Source of the DNA: Phoronis australis
Lineage: Eukaryota > Animalia > Phoronida
Length of the DNA stretch: 64,000 nucleotides
Direction of reading: 5' to 3'
NCBI GenBank assembly: GCA_002633005.1
Contig: NMRA01000226.1
Coordinates: 285,461 to 349,460, forward strand
A program made the position numbers and the translations under genes. This document shows, one piece after another, positions 52,001 to 64,000 of the stretch. The notes beneath the pieces are model-generated. The model searched no databases, was not told where the DNA came from, and saw only the letters and a program-made list of their open reading frames with translations. The number at the start of each line of letters is the position of its first letter. The first letter of the stretch is position 1.

Positions 52001-55000
52001 TGATACCGGAAGGAGAATGTCATAGTGAACAGAACCTGTATAGTGCACGCACTTTCTGTTGTATTTCTCACGCGTTGATGACGTCACTAGTTTAACTAGC
52101 GCGACAGAGTACACGTTTCGTCACCCCTTTTTAGAACGAGAATTGATCAAACGTGTCGTGTTTGTATCAAAGTTGCTCGTTTCTTAAAGCATGCTAAAAA
52201 GTGTAAGGATGAATTTTTTGTGTATTTTTGTGAGCACACCCTATTTAGAATGCCCTCATCAATATACAGTTGTCTACTATCGTAGTAATTACAGGACCCA
52301 ACGAAGATGCACAAAAACAAAATGTACAAACACGATTTTACGTTTTAAAGTTGCCTAATATATTCACTTATTTTCAAATTCAGTAACTTAACTGATTAAA
52401 TATAGTCCTCCGATCAACTATTCTTGGACCTGAGAAACCGGCTTACCTTCACTCCTCTAACCGTGTCAGCGACTGGACAACGGGCTGAGACAAGGAAAAC
52501 GCGATGCTCTGCTCTTTTCCCATCTCGTCAATTTTTAACGAACTTAAGCTAATCCTATAACGAATAATTATACCGCGCACACGTCTACTTACACGAGAGC
52601 AAATCACCAAATACCAATATGACCGCCAATACTCTGGTTTGAGCACTCGTACATATCGCATGCCAACGTCGCATTGTTCCTTGTGTTTTACACAAGACAA
52701 ATTTCCTCCCTACTAAGTTAATTGTTCATCCACGGCGGTATGCGATGAGGTCATCCCATTGCAGATTAACGACAGAGAGTGGCTATTTTGATAGCCCTTG
52801 GGTGCGTTCCGTTTAGACGCAAGATACTCTGGGAAAAGACAAGGCTCGCAAGTCTTCGCGAGATATCGCCATGAATTACAGACGATGCACATGGACACAC
52901 TAGCTTTACTCGCAAGTGTATTTCGTCCACGAAACGTGAACCTAACCCTGTTTGAGGTCAGAGACATATGCTACAGAGTTAGCTGCTGATATCGTGGGAT
53001 AATGTGATGTGGTTGAGTGTACTATCGTCATTTCCGGGTATCGAAGCATTTCAGCTCACGAGTCAATTGGGTGGCAAATGATTCACGTTTTCATGTTCTT
53101 TGATATTCATTAGCTTATTGATATCACCAAGCGAGTTGCTCATCTGGATGCGAGATAAATTCCAATAGGCAAAATCTATTTTAAACGGATCCTGACGAAA
53201 CCATTCCTTCGTTGCCATTGTACTACAGCATCGCACCGCGGGGGAATTTCCCGAAGGAATGGACTTCACAATTTTATAATACGTGGGAATTTGAATATGT
53301 CTAGTGCTCGGTCCGATTGTGCTGTGTACACAGGATTTTCGTATCTGGACGACAAATAACAATTAATTTCATACATTGAGGTTCAATTTTCATTTACGGT
53401 TTTGTAGGATTGGTATTATTACGCAAGGGTGCATGGTGCTGCTCGATGAAGCATCCTACTGATTTGACCTGTTAATGACATTTTACTATCATGTCTCGTG
53501 ACAAAGATCCTACACAGTTATTGGCCAACTATCTCCTGAGTCCGCTGAAAGTTGTTGTAAAGCTGAGCAAACGATAAATAAAAATCCTGATCCCGAAAAA
53601 TCACCGTTGCATCTGTGTCTGTTCCCTAATTCTACTGTCGTGTAAATTTGTACCACTAACGTAAACTATGATTAATTAGTCCGGTTTTAAAGATTGTAAC
53701 TTATACTGTTAGTTCTTTACCGACTACAAAAAATGTTTTGCTACTACTACTGCTGTTGTTGTTGTTGCTGCTGCTGCTGCTGCTACTTCCGCGTTTAGTA
53801 ATCCGAGATGACTAAGATGTGGGAAAACTAGTTACGAGACAATCTGTGATTGATTATTGAAGAATAAACGACAGTGACCAAAAGTCAAACGATCAAGCTC
53901 TGTTTTGCCAAAGCCGATTATTGAACACTGAATTTTCACTGAAATGGAAGGACGAAACCAAAAACTGTGTCTGTGCTGTATTTTGTTTCAAAACAAATTG
54001 CTTATGTGAACGCCAATAAACTATATATCCCGATTTATCTTGAATGGTAGTCGATATCAAAGAAAGTCGAATGCGACTAATTAAAGTGTGTAAGCAGGGG
54101 ATACATAAACATGCACTTGAAGAACGGATGAGCACCGAAAGGAGATTAGAAAAAGCAATTTTCTATTGGTTCATTGTTATTCTAAATTAAATGGTAAATT
54201 ATTTCAGTAAAGTGCTATTTCCGGCATTGCTGACTGTTTCCTATTCTCTGTCAATGCAGACTGTGAACTCACCTCCGACAGTATTGATAGCGTTTTAGAT
54301 AAAATTTTTTGATTCCTCAAAATTGTATTTTAAGTGAGAACGTTCATGTTGTTTTTCTAATCTGGTCCGCATATAGTGAAACTTTAGGGTTTCAAATGAC
54401 ATTACATTTACTTTGGGTGAAGTTGGATTATCGATTATAGTCGGCGATCGGTTCGTTATCACCTACAACATGTTCACCTGCATGCAGATTCAAGATATTC
54501 GTGACTACGCTGATATACTGAGGTCTAAATAGATATAACAGAAACACTTTGATCGATACAAAAATACTCTGGGTTACTTGAAAGAGAACACACATGTACT
54601 GGGAGTCCCTACACGTAATATATTAAACGTAGCACCGTTTTACATGATGGTGTTTACACACGAGTGTATACAGTGTTTTGCGTACGGTACGCAAATGATG
54701 CGCTGCTGCTGCTGCTGCTGTTGATATGCACCAACCCTAAGAGCTGCAACAGGCATACTTATATCTTCGACGACAATTCAGCTTTTCGATTGACTCTGGC
54801 AAAAGTTCGCTGTTCACTTTGAACTCTGAATTTCCAGAAGTCAGCGTGTCATGAACAGGATCCAGCCATGCCATCTTGTGTTCACATCATTAATATATTA
54901 ATTAGTGTCACTATTCACTCTCCAAAAATAATCGAATACTAGAATCAGGTTGTTGAAACAAAAATCTCGAAACATATTTCGGACGCGATAACATTATTAA

Positions 55001-55499
55001 CTTGCGACTTCCATAGGTGTCGCTTTTAGACCGCCGCAACTGGAAAATCCCAAATTTACCATTCAGGTGATGGTCTCATGAAAAATTTGCGCAGAATGGC
55101 CAATCAAGTAATCGGCTGTGACTGAGCTGAATTGAGAACAGGAAACCACGTGCTTTCGTAACTCCTCCAGGTTACCAACAACTCGGTTATCAAGCAGTTC
55201 AGTTGGGAGTTTTAATGCGCATGTACCGAAGTATGACTGACGTCACCGGAAGTGGGGCAAAAATCGGCTAGCGTTGTCTTATATCGAGTGTTGTGTATTG
55301 AGTATTTGAGAGTTATTTTTGTGTTATTTGTCGGAAAATGAGTTAGTTTGGTGGATTGACTGTGCCTCAGTTGCGAAAGTGGCTCATGTGACGTGGCGAA
55401 GTCTGTGCGAAGCAGTGGATAGATTGGATTTGGTGATCGATCCTGACATTGCTACGGACAACGACTCAAGAACAACGAAGCAAACTTTAATTTCGATCG

Positions 55500-56700
55500 G
55501 CTATGTGAATGACGACCCATTTATGGACCCCCTCTTGACAATGATTTTACAGACATTCCAAAATTAGGACTGTATGCTATTTTCAATTATTTGCTCTATA
55601 GTAAGGCGAAGTTTGACGAAAAAAAGCTACGGGCTTACAAAAGTGCTGAAGATTACAGGCTCTTTGCCGATGGTCATGTCATGGAGCTCAAGCACAGCAT
55701 TGTGAGCGACATCTCTCCTGTTGGCTTGTTTGTTTCTCATGTGAAACCAACACCCAGAGAGTAAAAATGTACATGAAAAAGGAATTCTACAAGGCTTGGC
55801 TATTTATAAACAAAGACCCTGTGTCTGTTTTAGCTGCGTGTTGTGAATGTCCAGGAGGGTGAGTTTAACAAATTTTTTGTGTAACTACTGATTTATCCAT
55901 ACATGGTATCAATCAATGTATGTTTAGGGTGTCTTGACTAATGTTTCATTGTAGGCTTGATAGGAAGGATCATAAACTAGTGTAATGGACTCCAGAGTTT
56001 GATTAATCTGTTAATTAGTGCGTGAAATACCACCGGGACTTCTTCTCTACACTATCAGATTAACATTTTAGTTCTGCAAAAACTAAGGTGTTTCATTAGA
56101 AAATTGATTGTTGAAAGGGTTGTGCCTCTTACTTGCCTTTACAGCAACACTCAGCATTAACTTTTTGGTTATGTGTTTTGCTTTTTTCCTTGTAAGCTCT
56201 GACGGTGCTTGTCGTCACATCAGTGCGATGATGTATGAGATAGAAGATTTCGAACCAACCTCATGTACGGACGGTCCTGTGCAATGGAAAGGGCGAGCCA
56301 GGGCACATGATGCACCCACTACAGTTTGGCGCTTAAATGTGCTTAATGCAAGGTATGAAATCAAATCCTAGTTATTATTTACTGACTTTATACTGTCTCA
56401 TTCTTCCACACCATCAATGTTTAAATGTGACCTAAAGATCACCGCTTGTGGCATAAAGTTAGTTACTACTTTTCTTAAAATTACAGTTCGATGTATTTTG
56501 ATGTGTAAATGAATACATGAACAATATGTTGAGTTGCGGAATGGTCTTTTTGTCTAGGTACGGCACAGTTGATCAGCCCCAAGCCCGCCTTACACCCCAT
56601 CATGAGGATTGGCTGGGATCCAAGACCACTGGACAGTAGAATGGTCAAGACTGAGGAAAAGATTCTACAAACTGCTAATCTGCTCATTGCTGAAATTTAA
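55500..56700 (+). pseudogene. Spliced SWIM zinc-finger transposon accessory gene relic (ISL2EU/Kolobok SWIM-YqaJ type)
   Basis: DFTDIPKLGLYAIFNYL...LRAYKSAEDYRLFADGHV...HVKPT, then a stop/frameshift, ..FYKAW....VLAACCECPG|GSDGACRHISAMMYEIE..SCTDGPVQW, then WDPRP. The intron 55859-56196 (GT..AG) splits the CxC..CxH SWIM motif in frame. Confidence 0.75.
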
Positions 56701-58343
56701 TACATCATTCACGTATATTGGGCAAAAAAGGAACGAACGCATGGGATACAAATGAAAACCTTCTCTTTGCTGGTGTTGACTTCGCAGCAAAAGGTATAGA
56801 GACTTGAGCGCAAGTATTGCTTTTCGTTTAGTCCCCGTATAAACACGATGTAAATTTTCACTTACACCCTGGTGTACATTTGCGTGTAGTGTACATTTCC
56901 TTACGGGTGTAAAAATGCTGCATACATGTATAAACGAGGGTAGTCTGTTTTTAAAGCATTAGCTAGTCGTAGTAAAACACACACAACATGTATGATCAGT
57001 AAACTGTTCTTGTGCTCTATACTGTATTTGAGAAAATGAGATGAAGAGCCGAAGCATATTAGAGGAGTAACCTTTCTACATAAGTAAACATTTGGGAACC
57101 AAATCAATCACTGGACTATGTTTTAAACATAAAGCTATTTTTTAAAAAAGCTTTTTATGTTTCAAGCCTTTGACTAATTAACCCGCTGAAATCCAGTGCT
57201 GAATCTCAAAAATTTCCGAATACATGTATTCTTTGCCAGTACAGTCGGCGGTGCATGAAAACATAATGAAACTCGCTTGCCTAATGGGCAAATTCGCCGA
57301 GAGCCCCGGCGTACATTTGCCACCACATTTTGGTTGCTTTAGTGAGATGACGTTAGCTCTATTGCCCTATAGCCTGTTTCTGGCCCCTAGAACCAGATAT
57401 CTCGACGTGAAAAACGCAAGTCAGCTAGTGACTTAATATTTCGGGAAAAGCGCCCCCCATGGACGTCGTTTCCGTAACATTTCGAAAAAGCCCAAAAGGT
57501 ACACATCTTTATAAAAATTAAACCTTTTGAAATCCGCATTCTTTTCTGAAATTGGAAAATAAAAACTGGATAAGATATCACGAAATGTTTTCCTTTGCGC
57601 CAGCATTGCAGATCACAGTAATTGTATTGTTTTGAGTGAAACATTAGCGCCCGTAAACTTTGAATTAACTCATACAACAGTTGCTGTTTACATTTTTTGC
57701 ACATTGGGACTTGCCAAAGGTATAAAGGCGTACGGCAACGTCTCTAATCACGTATTTTTCGTAAAAAGATTGCCATAAATACACATGATGGGTATATTTA
57801 TCTGTAGACGAAATCAATGTGCTTTAGTTTGAAACGACATTGAACGCACGGGACCCAACACACGTTTTGTTCTGTTCTCATCACTGCCCTTTATGGGACG
57901 ATGGCTCTGACAAGTTGCGAGAAATCCTTCAACCAACTGAAGCTGGGTTCAACAATCGGATCACCCTGCAAACCCAATTAGTTGCTAGGAAGCGTTATTA
58001 AAATAGCGTAGCATTGACGACATAATTGATAAGTTCTCTGAGAGAAAGTCACCCGTAAGTGAGCTTTGAACATTTCAGATGCAGTGCATCAAACAACTCT
58101 GTCCAGTGATGTGACGATTTTGTTCATTCTTGTAAAGTTATGCTAATTTCTTCCCGAAGTTTTATGCCATAAACTAATGTAGACTCGAGAATTAATAAGT
58201 AGAGTACACATCACAAAAATGACCGTCACTGAAATGATTAGTCGGTAGCAAGACTGGACTGTTGAATTTTGGTAAACGTTTTCGTTTCATGACCATAAGC
58301 GAAGACTTTCCGTCGCCAATTACTCGCTAACGTCGCGCTTTAA

Positions 58344-59880
58344 AATCCTTCTCTCACGCGTTGTCAATTACCCTTATTACATGGTTAGATGATGTTATAA
58401 GGATCCAAGAAGTACCTACCCCATAACTAATACACAATCCGTACTCGAAAAAAAGTTTAAATGAACGCGCCACTCACGATTCGCACCCGAAGAACCACCG
58501 CCATTTTGAACTTGCCGCGAACCCGGAAGTACAATTCATTCAGGAACCCAGGCCGAGAAAACGCCATCAGTGCGACTGGAGCAGTGCCTGTACTGTTACC
58601 AGCCAGAACACGGGGATAAAATAATCGACAGCGCGCCTTAATTTTAATAAAATCAAACTACGGACAATTTTATCGAATTTGCTGAAGAAATGTGGCGAAT
58701 AAAGTTTGACAGAAATTATTTTGCCAGACTCGGGACTGCAGCCTATCGGACCCGATGCGGATCGAGATCAGACACTGGCGAACGGTAAATGCATGCGGTT
58801 GCAAGCTGTTTTGTCGAAGTAAAATGGTCAAATGATAAATGCTGCATATATTCAAGGGTAGTTTCAGACACTTGCATGAAATTACGGGCACAAAAAAACA
58901 CGAAAACTGAACAAAGTTTCTTTTTTGTAGCAACGTTTGTCAAAATGTATCAACGTTAAATCTTGACAAATTACAAAGTAGCCGGTTGAACATGCCTTTC
59001 AGTTCAGCAAAAGTCGCCATGTTGTCTGTGCTGCCAGAAATGAGACGAAGTCCAACGGGAATTGTGAGCACATTTATCACTTTATGAGTAACAACTGCGA
59101 GGCTGAAATTTGGTGACCACTGTTAAATCGTGCAGAATAGTAAGTAAAGATATGTCTAACTAAATTTCACCGTAATTTGTTGGCGAAAACAATTTACACA
59201 AAGTTTTAAACTCGTAACTTATCCCGCTGTCCTCCAATATGGCCGACGCGATCCAAACTGAACAAAGTGACCCCGAAATTTCGCCACAAAACTTGCAATA
59301 AATTTACACTGCTTGCCCCGATTTTGATACTTTTTCGATTTTTACTGAGTAGAATGTACTACCTTTCCGATGATAGCAAAGTACTTTTTCAAAACGAGAA
59401 AAAAAATAAAACCGAAAAAAAATTGGTTCGACCCATATTGGTTCCTAGGTTCGACCGGCCTACGTAAAGAACTAAACACCAATGCTATTTTAACATACTA
59501 AGTACGCGTAACATTCCAAAAAAATCAACGACCACTAACTACAAACTATAAATACACTACATATGCAAACGAATCATGAGATATTACTAATAAAACAAAA
59601 TAATGAAGACTTTTCGAGCAAGCGATAGCACATTCAGTTACAAGGAAAAAATGGCGGCATTCAGGACAAGTTCCTGAACTTATGAGCCGGAAATGTGGGT
59701 ACAGAAATAACCGATGACAGCCGGTAATCATACGCTCACAGAGAAGGGTCAAATACTGTTAAAAAATCGCTTTTGGTAAGAAAGGCGAAACGAATATAAA
59801 GAAAGGGTGTCGAAAATAAGAATTTATGTAGTAAGTATTTTCGGATACTGGAATCACATGGGCAGTTTGAGAGAAGGACT
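58344..59880. mobile_element. Kolobok-like non-autonomous element, TTAA TSD
   Basis: TTAA|AATCCTTCTCTCA ... TGAGAGAAGGACT|TTAA; RR..YY termini. Confidence 0.75.
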
Positions 59881-60778
59881 TTAAGGGTCGCTCCGTGTGG
59901 AGAAGTTAAGTTGTAGTAGTCTAGACGCATTTCTGGAAGATGTGCATGTTAGAGGCATTTTTTAGTAAAAGTGGAAAACCTATCTTTTTAGCATAATTAT
60001 GGTGTGCTGATTTCGATTATGCCTGTTCCCAAGCTGGATTTTGAGTTTTTGACCATCTAATTTGCATAAACAAAATGGCCGCCAAACCAACAAGATAAGA
60101 TTAAACATTCGTGGGACCAGGAGTACAATATGTGACGAATAATGAGGAAATTTGTGCTACAAAAACATAGTATAAGTGTGTTTAGATCACTTAATTTTGA
60201 GAACATATTAATGAACGTCATTAAATTTCCCAAGTATGCTAATTAGCTTCCGCCATTACCGAAAAATTCCAATATCGGTATAACTTTATCAATTTGCAGG
60301 CAAACATGACAAATAAACTGTATGTTTTGAAGGTCTAGAAAAATCATTATGACACATGTGAAGCTTTTTATTTCATCTTCACTAAGTTACAATTTATGCT
60401 CATTAATAAAGCCTGAAAATTAAGTTAGAAATAATAATTATCAGAGCTTTTTTGCGAACATCTCACTATTTACATAAGACATAAAAGTATTGTAAACATA
60501 ACAACATGACTTTTAGATACTGTTGTAAAGAGGTGCATGGCCATATCTTCCCATTTTGGACAGGAACACACCGTTAAACACGTCATTACTGCGCCGACCA
60601 ATCAAAAACGCTAACATGGGAGGTCAGGTGTTAGCTCACGACTCCTTGTTGATTCAGTTTTACAACTCAATTGGTCTTCTGGGATTTGTTCTATGAAATT
60701 GGTGTCTTCTTGTGTTCCACTGAACAATAGTTTTTGAGAACGATTTTATCTCACCTCAACGGGCGTGGTCTCAAAAAT

Positions 60779-60914
60779 CAGTGGCGGATCTACGTTTTCA
60801 GTAAGGGGGGGGTTAGGATTCCCGCAAAGGTCGAATCCGAGGGGCGTGGCGCCGAGAGGGGAGAGGTGGGGAGGGGGTTTCCCTGAACTCCCCCCGTAGC
60901 CGGGTCCGCCACTG
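60779..60914. mobile_element. 136-bp MITE with 5-bp TSD
   Basis: Ends CAGTGGCGGA / TCCGCCACTG; TSD AAAAT. Confidence 0.85.
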
Positions 60915-61247
60915 AAAATAGACACATAGTTGTTAGTTACTCAGTTTTCATAAATGATTTCAATATTGAGATGTGCTGACAATTAAATGTCAAAAACTAG
61001 TACTTGTGAAGTCGGAGTGAAATTGATAGTTTTTGACTCAGAGGTTAAGCCAATTTTCATAAGACGCATCCCCGCGCTCGGGATGTTGAATATCTGCACT
61101 CGAAACTCTACTCAAAATTGATCAATGGCATGGGATGTTTCAAGTGAACCTAAGTTTGTATTCAAATCATGCGACGTGACTGGTTTCGTGTTGGAGTCGA
61201 ATCCGAGTTCGGAGATAAGACCCTGCGCCCAGATGTGCCTAGTGAAT

Positions 61248-61537
61248 TAACTTATCACAAGGTCCGCCCCCTTGCGTAATGTCGACTAACAAACAATAAC
61301 TTTTACCCGGCAACGTGCTGTTTGTCGGGTAAAATGGCGGCTTGGAAACGGAGGAGTGTGTCAGTTGACCTATCGCCAGGATTATGAGTGACTGCTTAAC
61401 TAACCAATCAAAACGCAGCATTCTTGACACACCTTCATTTCCAAGCCGCTGTTTAACCCGACAAACAACTTGTTGCCGGGTAAAAGTTATTGTTTGTTTG
61501 TCGACATTACGCAAGGGGCGGAGCTTGCGATAGGTCA
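61248..61537. mobile_element. 290-bp MITE with ~65-bp near-perfect TIRs, AT flanks (ISL2EU-like)
   Basis: tccgccccttgcgtaatgtcgac.aacaaacaataacttttacccggcaac and its reverse complement; AT on both sides. Confidence 0.8.
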
Positions 61538-62822
61538 ATTGTAGTGCCACATGCGACGGGTAGAAGATTCGCCATTGCACGTCATGTTGATTCAATGAAA
61601 CGGTAAGTAATTGATTACAACACTCATTCGATGACAGAGGATTAATTGATTGGATCGCATAAGCCGACACCAATTACATGAATTAACAAGGTCTAATTAA
61701 TCGACGAAGAAGCGTGTAATTGAAAAAAAATCTGCAAAACTGAAATTTATCAAATTTGACTGAAATTGGAATGATACTCGTCGGGGATGAGAACTAAAAA
61801 CTGTATGTAAGATATTTTACATTTTTTAGCTCAGGGAGCCTCATGTCCACATCTGTATTCATAGCTGTTTATCGGCTGAATGAGATTTGCATATCACATG
61901 ACTCACATTTGTGTGTGAACTGGCGTGCGTTCAGTAGACGCTAGGACCTACGCTAGGACCTAGCTAAAACCTAGCCAAAATCACGTGCTTTCATTTAAAA
62001 TGCCCGGCAATATCTCATGTAATCTCGCGAAGTCTTGCTTTTAAGCGAGGTCCTAGCGTTACTTGTGTGTGTGCTGACTTGTTTTCTACACACTTGTGTA
62101 TGCAATGTACATGTACATTTGGAGAGGATGAGAGCTGCAATATTGAGGTGATTTCATTTCCTATTATGGTATTTTTGTATTTGCATTTTTGTCTAAATTG
62201 TGAAGTTTTCACTATGTAGTTTTGTTTCTTTTTTTAGAACCGAAACAGAGAAGACTTCTAAGAATATAACAGTGGAATTCTTCAAGTATCTTAATAAAGC
62301 ATTAAAGCCAACTCCTCTTGACTTGCCGACACTCACACTGTACGATGTCGATTTGATGCAAACAAAATGTCTAAGCTTATTAGAGATATTTCGCAAACCT
62401 AACTGCACGCATAGGTGTAGTTCTAGAAGGAAAATGTCTTCTTTTCGTGTCTGTTACGTTATAACATTCCGCGACGCCACACTTTTGAGCAGGCTGCGAT
62501 AGCGGAGCGTTTGCACGTCAGTGCGTGGCATCTTATATTGCAAGGCAATTCACTACTTGCACACTTTGGTGGTGCTGCAAAAAACGATTGTTGTGCATTG
62601 TTGTTTAGGACGCATTGCCTCGTTTTAGAATTAATTCTAAGAACGCAAACGTGAAAGAGCGCGTTATCCAAAACGAACCATTGTAGTTTGGACGCAACAT
62701 TTCGCTTTCAAGCATGATGACGAATTCATGCAACTAGTGAATACTTTTGTAATCGCTTTCTAATGTATTATTGTTCTATTGATTGGATTAATTTGGGTGT
62801 TATTGTGAAATTTATGTCTTAA

Positions 62823-63637
62823 GGTTGTAGACCTCATTCATGCAGTTGCCACTTTAGTAGTGAGCCTCTTTTTAAGTTTTAAAAACAATGCATTTGAGAC
62901 ATGAATATAACGTGGCAAGCAAAAAAATCCAGCTTTGTGCTGTATTTGAGCGCAAAATGTATCGTTTTTAAAACCTAAAAAGAGGCTCGCTTTCATAATA
63001 CAGTGTATAGGACCACATAAAAATTCCAATTTTGGCCAACTTCGGAACATCGTATTTCAGAAATGACTGATCGGGTTCACATGAAATTTTCAGATACTAT
63101 ACTTTACACACTGTTCTGCAAAGCGATATTAGGAATTATTTTTTTATTTTCTCATTTGCATGAGGTGCTATGACTTATTTGGTGATTTTGTGAAACATTT
63201 GAAGTTGCAGAAGGCGAAAACGAAACGTTGAATTTAGAAAGTTGTAACTTTTTACAGCGTTTTGAGATTTTTCCATGAACATTCATATAATGCGAAGTGT
63301 GGTTCTGTTAATGATCTTGTTATTTGCCATGAACATTCATATAAGGCGAAATGTGGTTCTGTTAATAATCTTGTTATTTTGCCATGACCATTGATGCGAA
63401 TGTGATTCTGTTAATGATCTTATTATTTTGCCACGAACATACTTTTCTTTTTTCTAAATTTTCCTTAAAAAGCAAGGTCACGTGACCAAATAAATGGCAA
63501 ACTGATATCAAGTCAAAAATCAAATTTTACTGAATTTCTACTTTCATAAAATACAAAACTTTTGCTGGGTTGCATTGTATAGTTGTGCAGATATTTGACT
63601 AAATGTACTAAACTTGTCGAGAAGGTCCTACATAACC
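62823..63637. mobile_element. TTAA-target MITE (Kolobok-like) with internal ~54-bp x3 tandem repeat (~63272-63440)
   Basis: TTAA|GGTTGTAGACCT ... AGGTCCTACATAACC|TTAA. Confidence 0.65.
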
Positions 63638-63641
63638 TTAA

Positions 63642-64000
63642 AGTCCTTCTTGCAAACTGCCCATGTGGTTCCAGTATCCGAAAATACTTACTACATAAAT
63701 TTTATTTTCGACACCCTTTCTTTATATTCTTTTCGCCTTTCTTGCCAAAAGCGATTTTTTAACAGTATTTGACCCTTCTCTCTGAGCGTATGATTACCGG
63801 TTGTCATCGGTTATTTCCGTACCCACATTTCCGGCTCATCAGTTCAGGAACGTGTCCTGAACGCCGCCATTTTTTCCTTGTAACTGAATGTGCTATGGCT
63901 TGCTCGAAAAGTCTTCATTATTTTGTTTTATTAGTAATATATCGTGATTCGTTTGCATATGTAGTGTATTTATAGTTTGTAGTTAGTGGTTGTTGATTTT
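63642..64000. mobile_element. Second, inverted copy of the 58344-59880 element (runs out of the window)
   Basis: Reverse complement matches 59521-59880 closely; begins TTAA|AGTCCTTCT. Confidence 0.85.

Noticed and set aside
63272-63440. CRISPR-like array
   Set aside because: Simple head-to-tail tandem repeat without unique spacers, in a eukaryotic context with no cas genes.
59546-63975. Two near-identical 68-aa ORFs on opposite strands
   Set aside because: By-product of two inverted copies of a non-coding transposon; non-ATG starts and no domain.

Overview
AT-rich, repeat-laden eukaryotic genomic DNA, probably from an invertebrate animal (spliceosomal introns, MITEs, microsatellites, two N-gaps). 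Almost all ORFs in the six-frame track are spurious; the real genes had to be assembled from short exons. The left 36 kb holds a tandem array of three plus-strand paralogues encoding a small secreted, Cys-rich DUF3105-domain (TP53I13-like) protein. Copy A lacks exon 1 in this window and is otherwise intact, copy B is complete (8 exons, 232 aa), and copy C is a pseudogene. Convergent on copy C is a single-coding-exon minus-strand gene for a 212-aa single-pass membrane protein with a KCNE-like TM segment. The rest is transposon debris: an Academ-like element with a 3-bp TSD, MITEs with 5-bp TSDs (two with empty sites visible in the paralogue), stacked TTAA-target (Kolobok-like) elements, THAP and SWIM transposon gene relics, and Penelope-like remnants with hammerhead-ribozyme-like cores. 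Family assignments come from motif recognition by eye, not from database searches.
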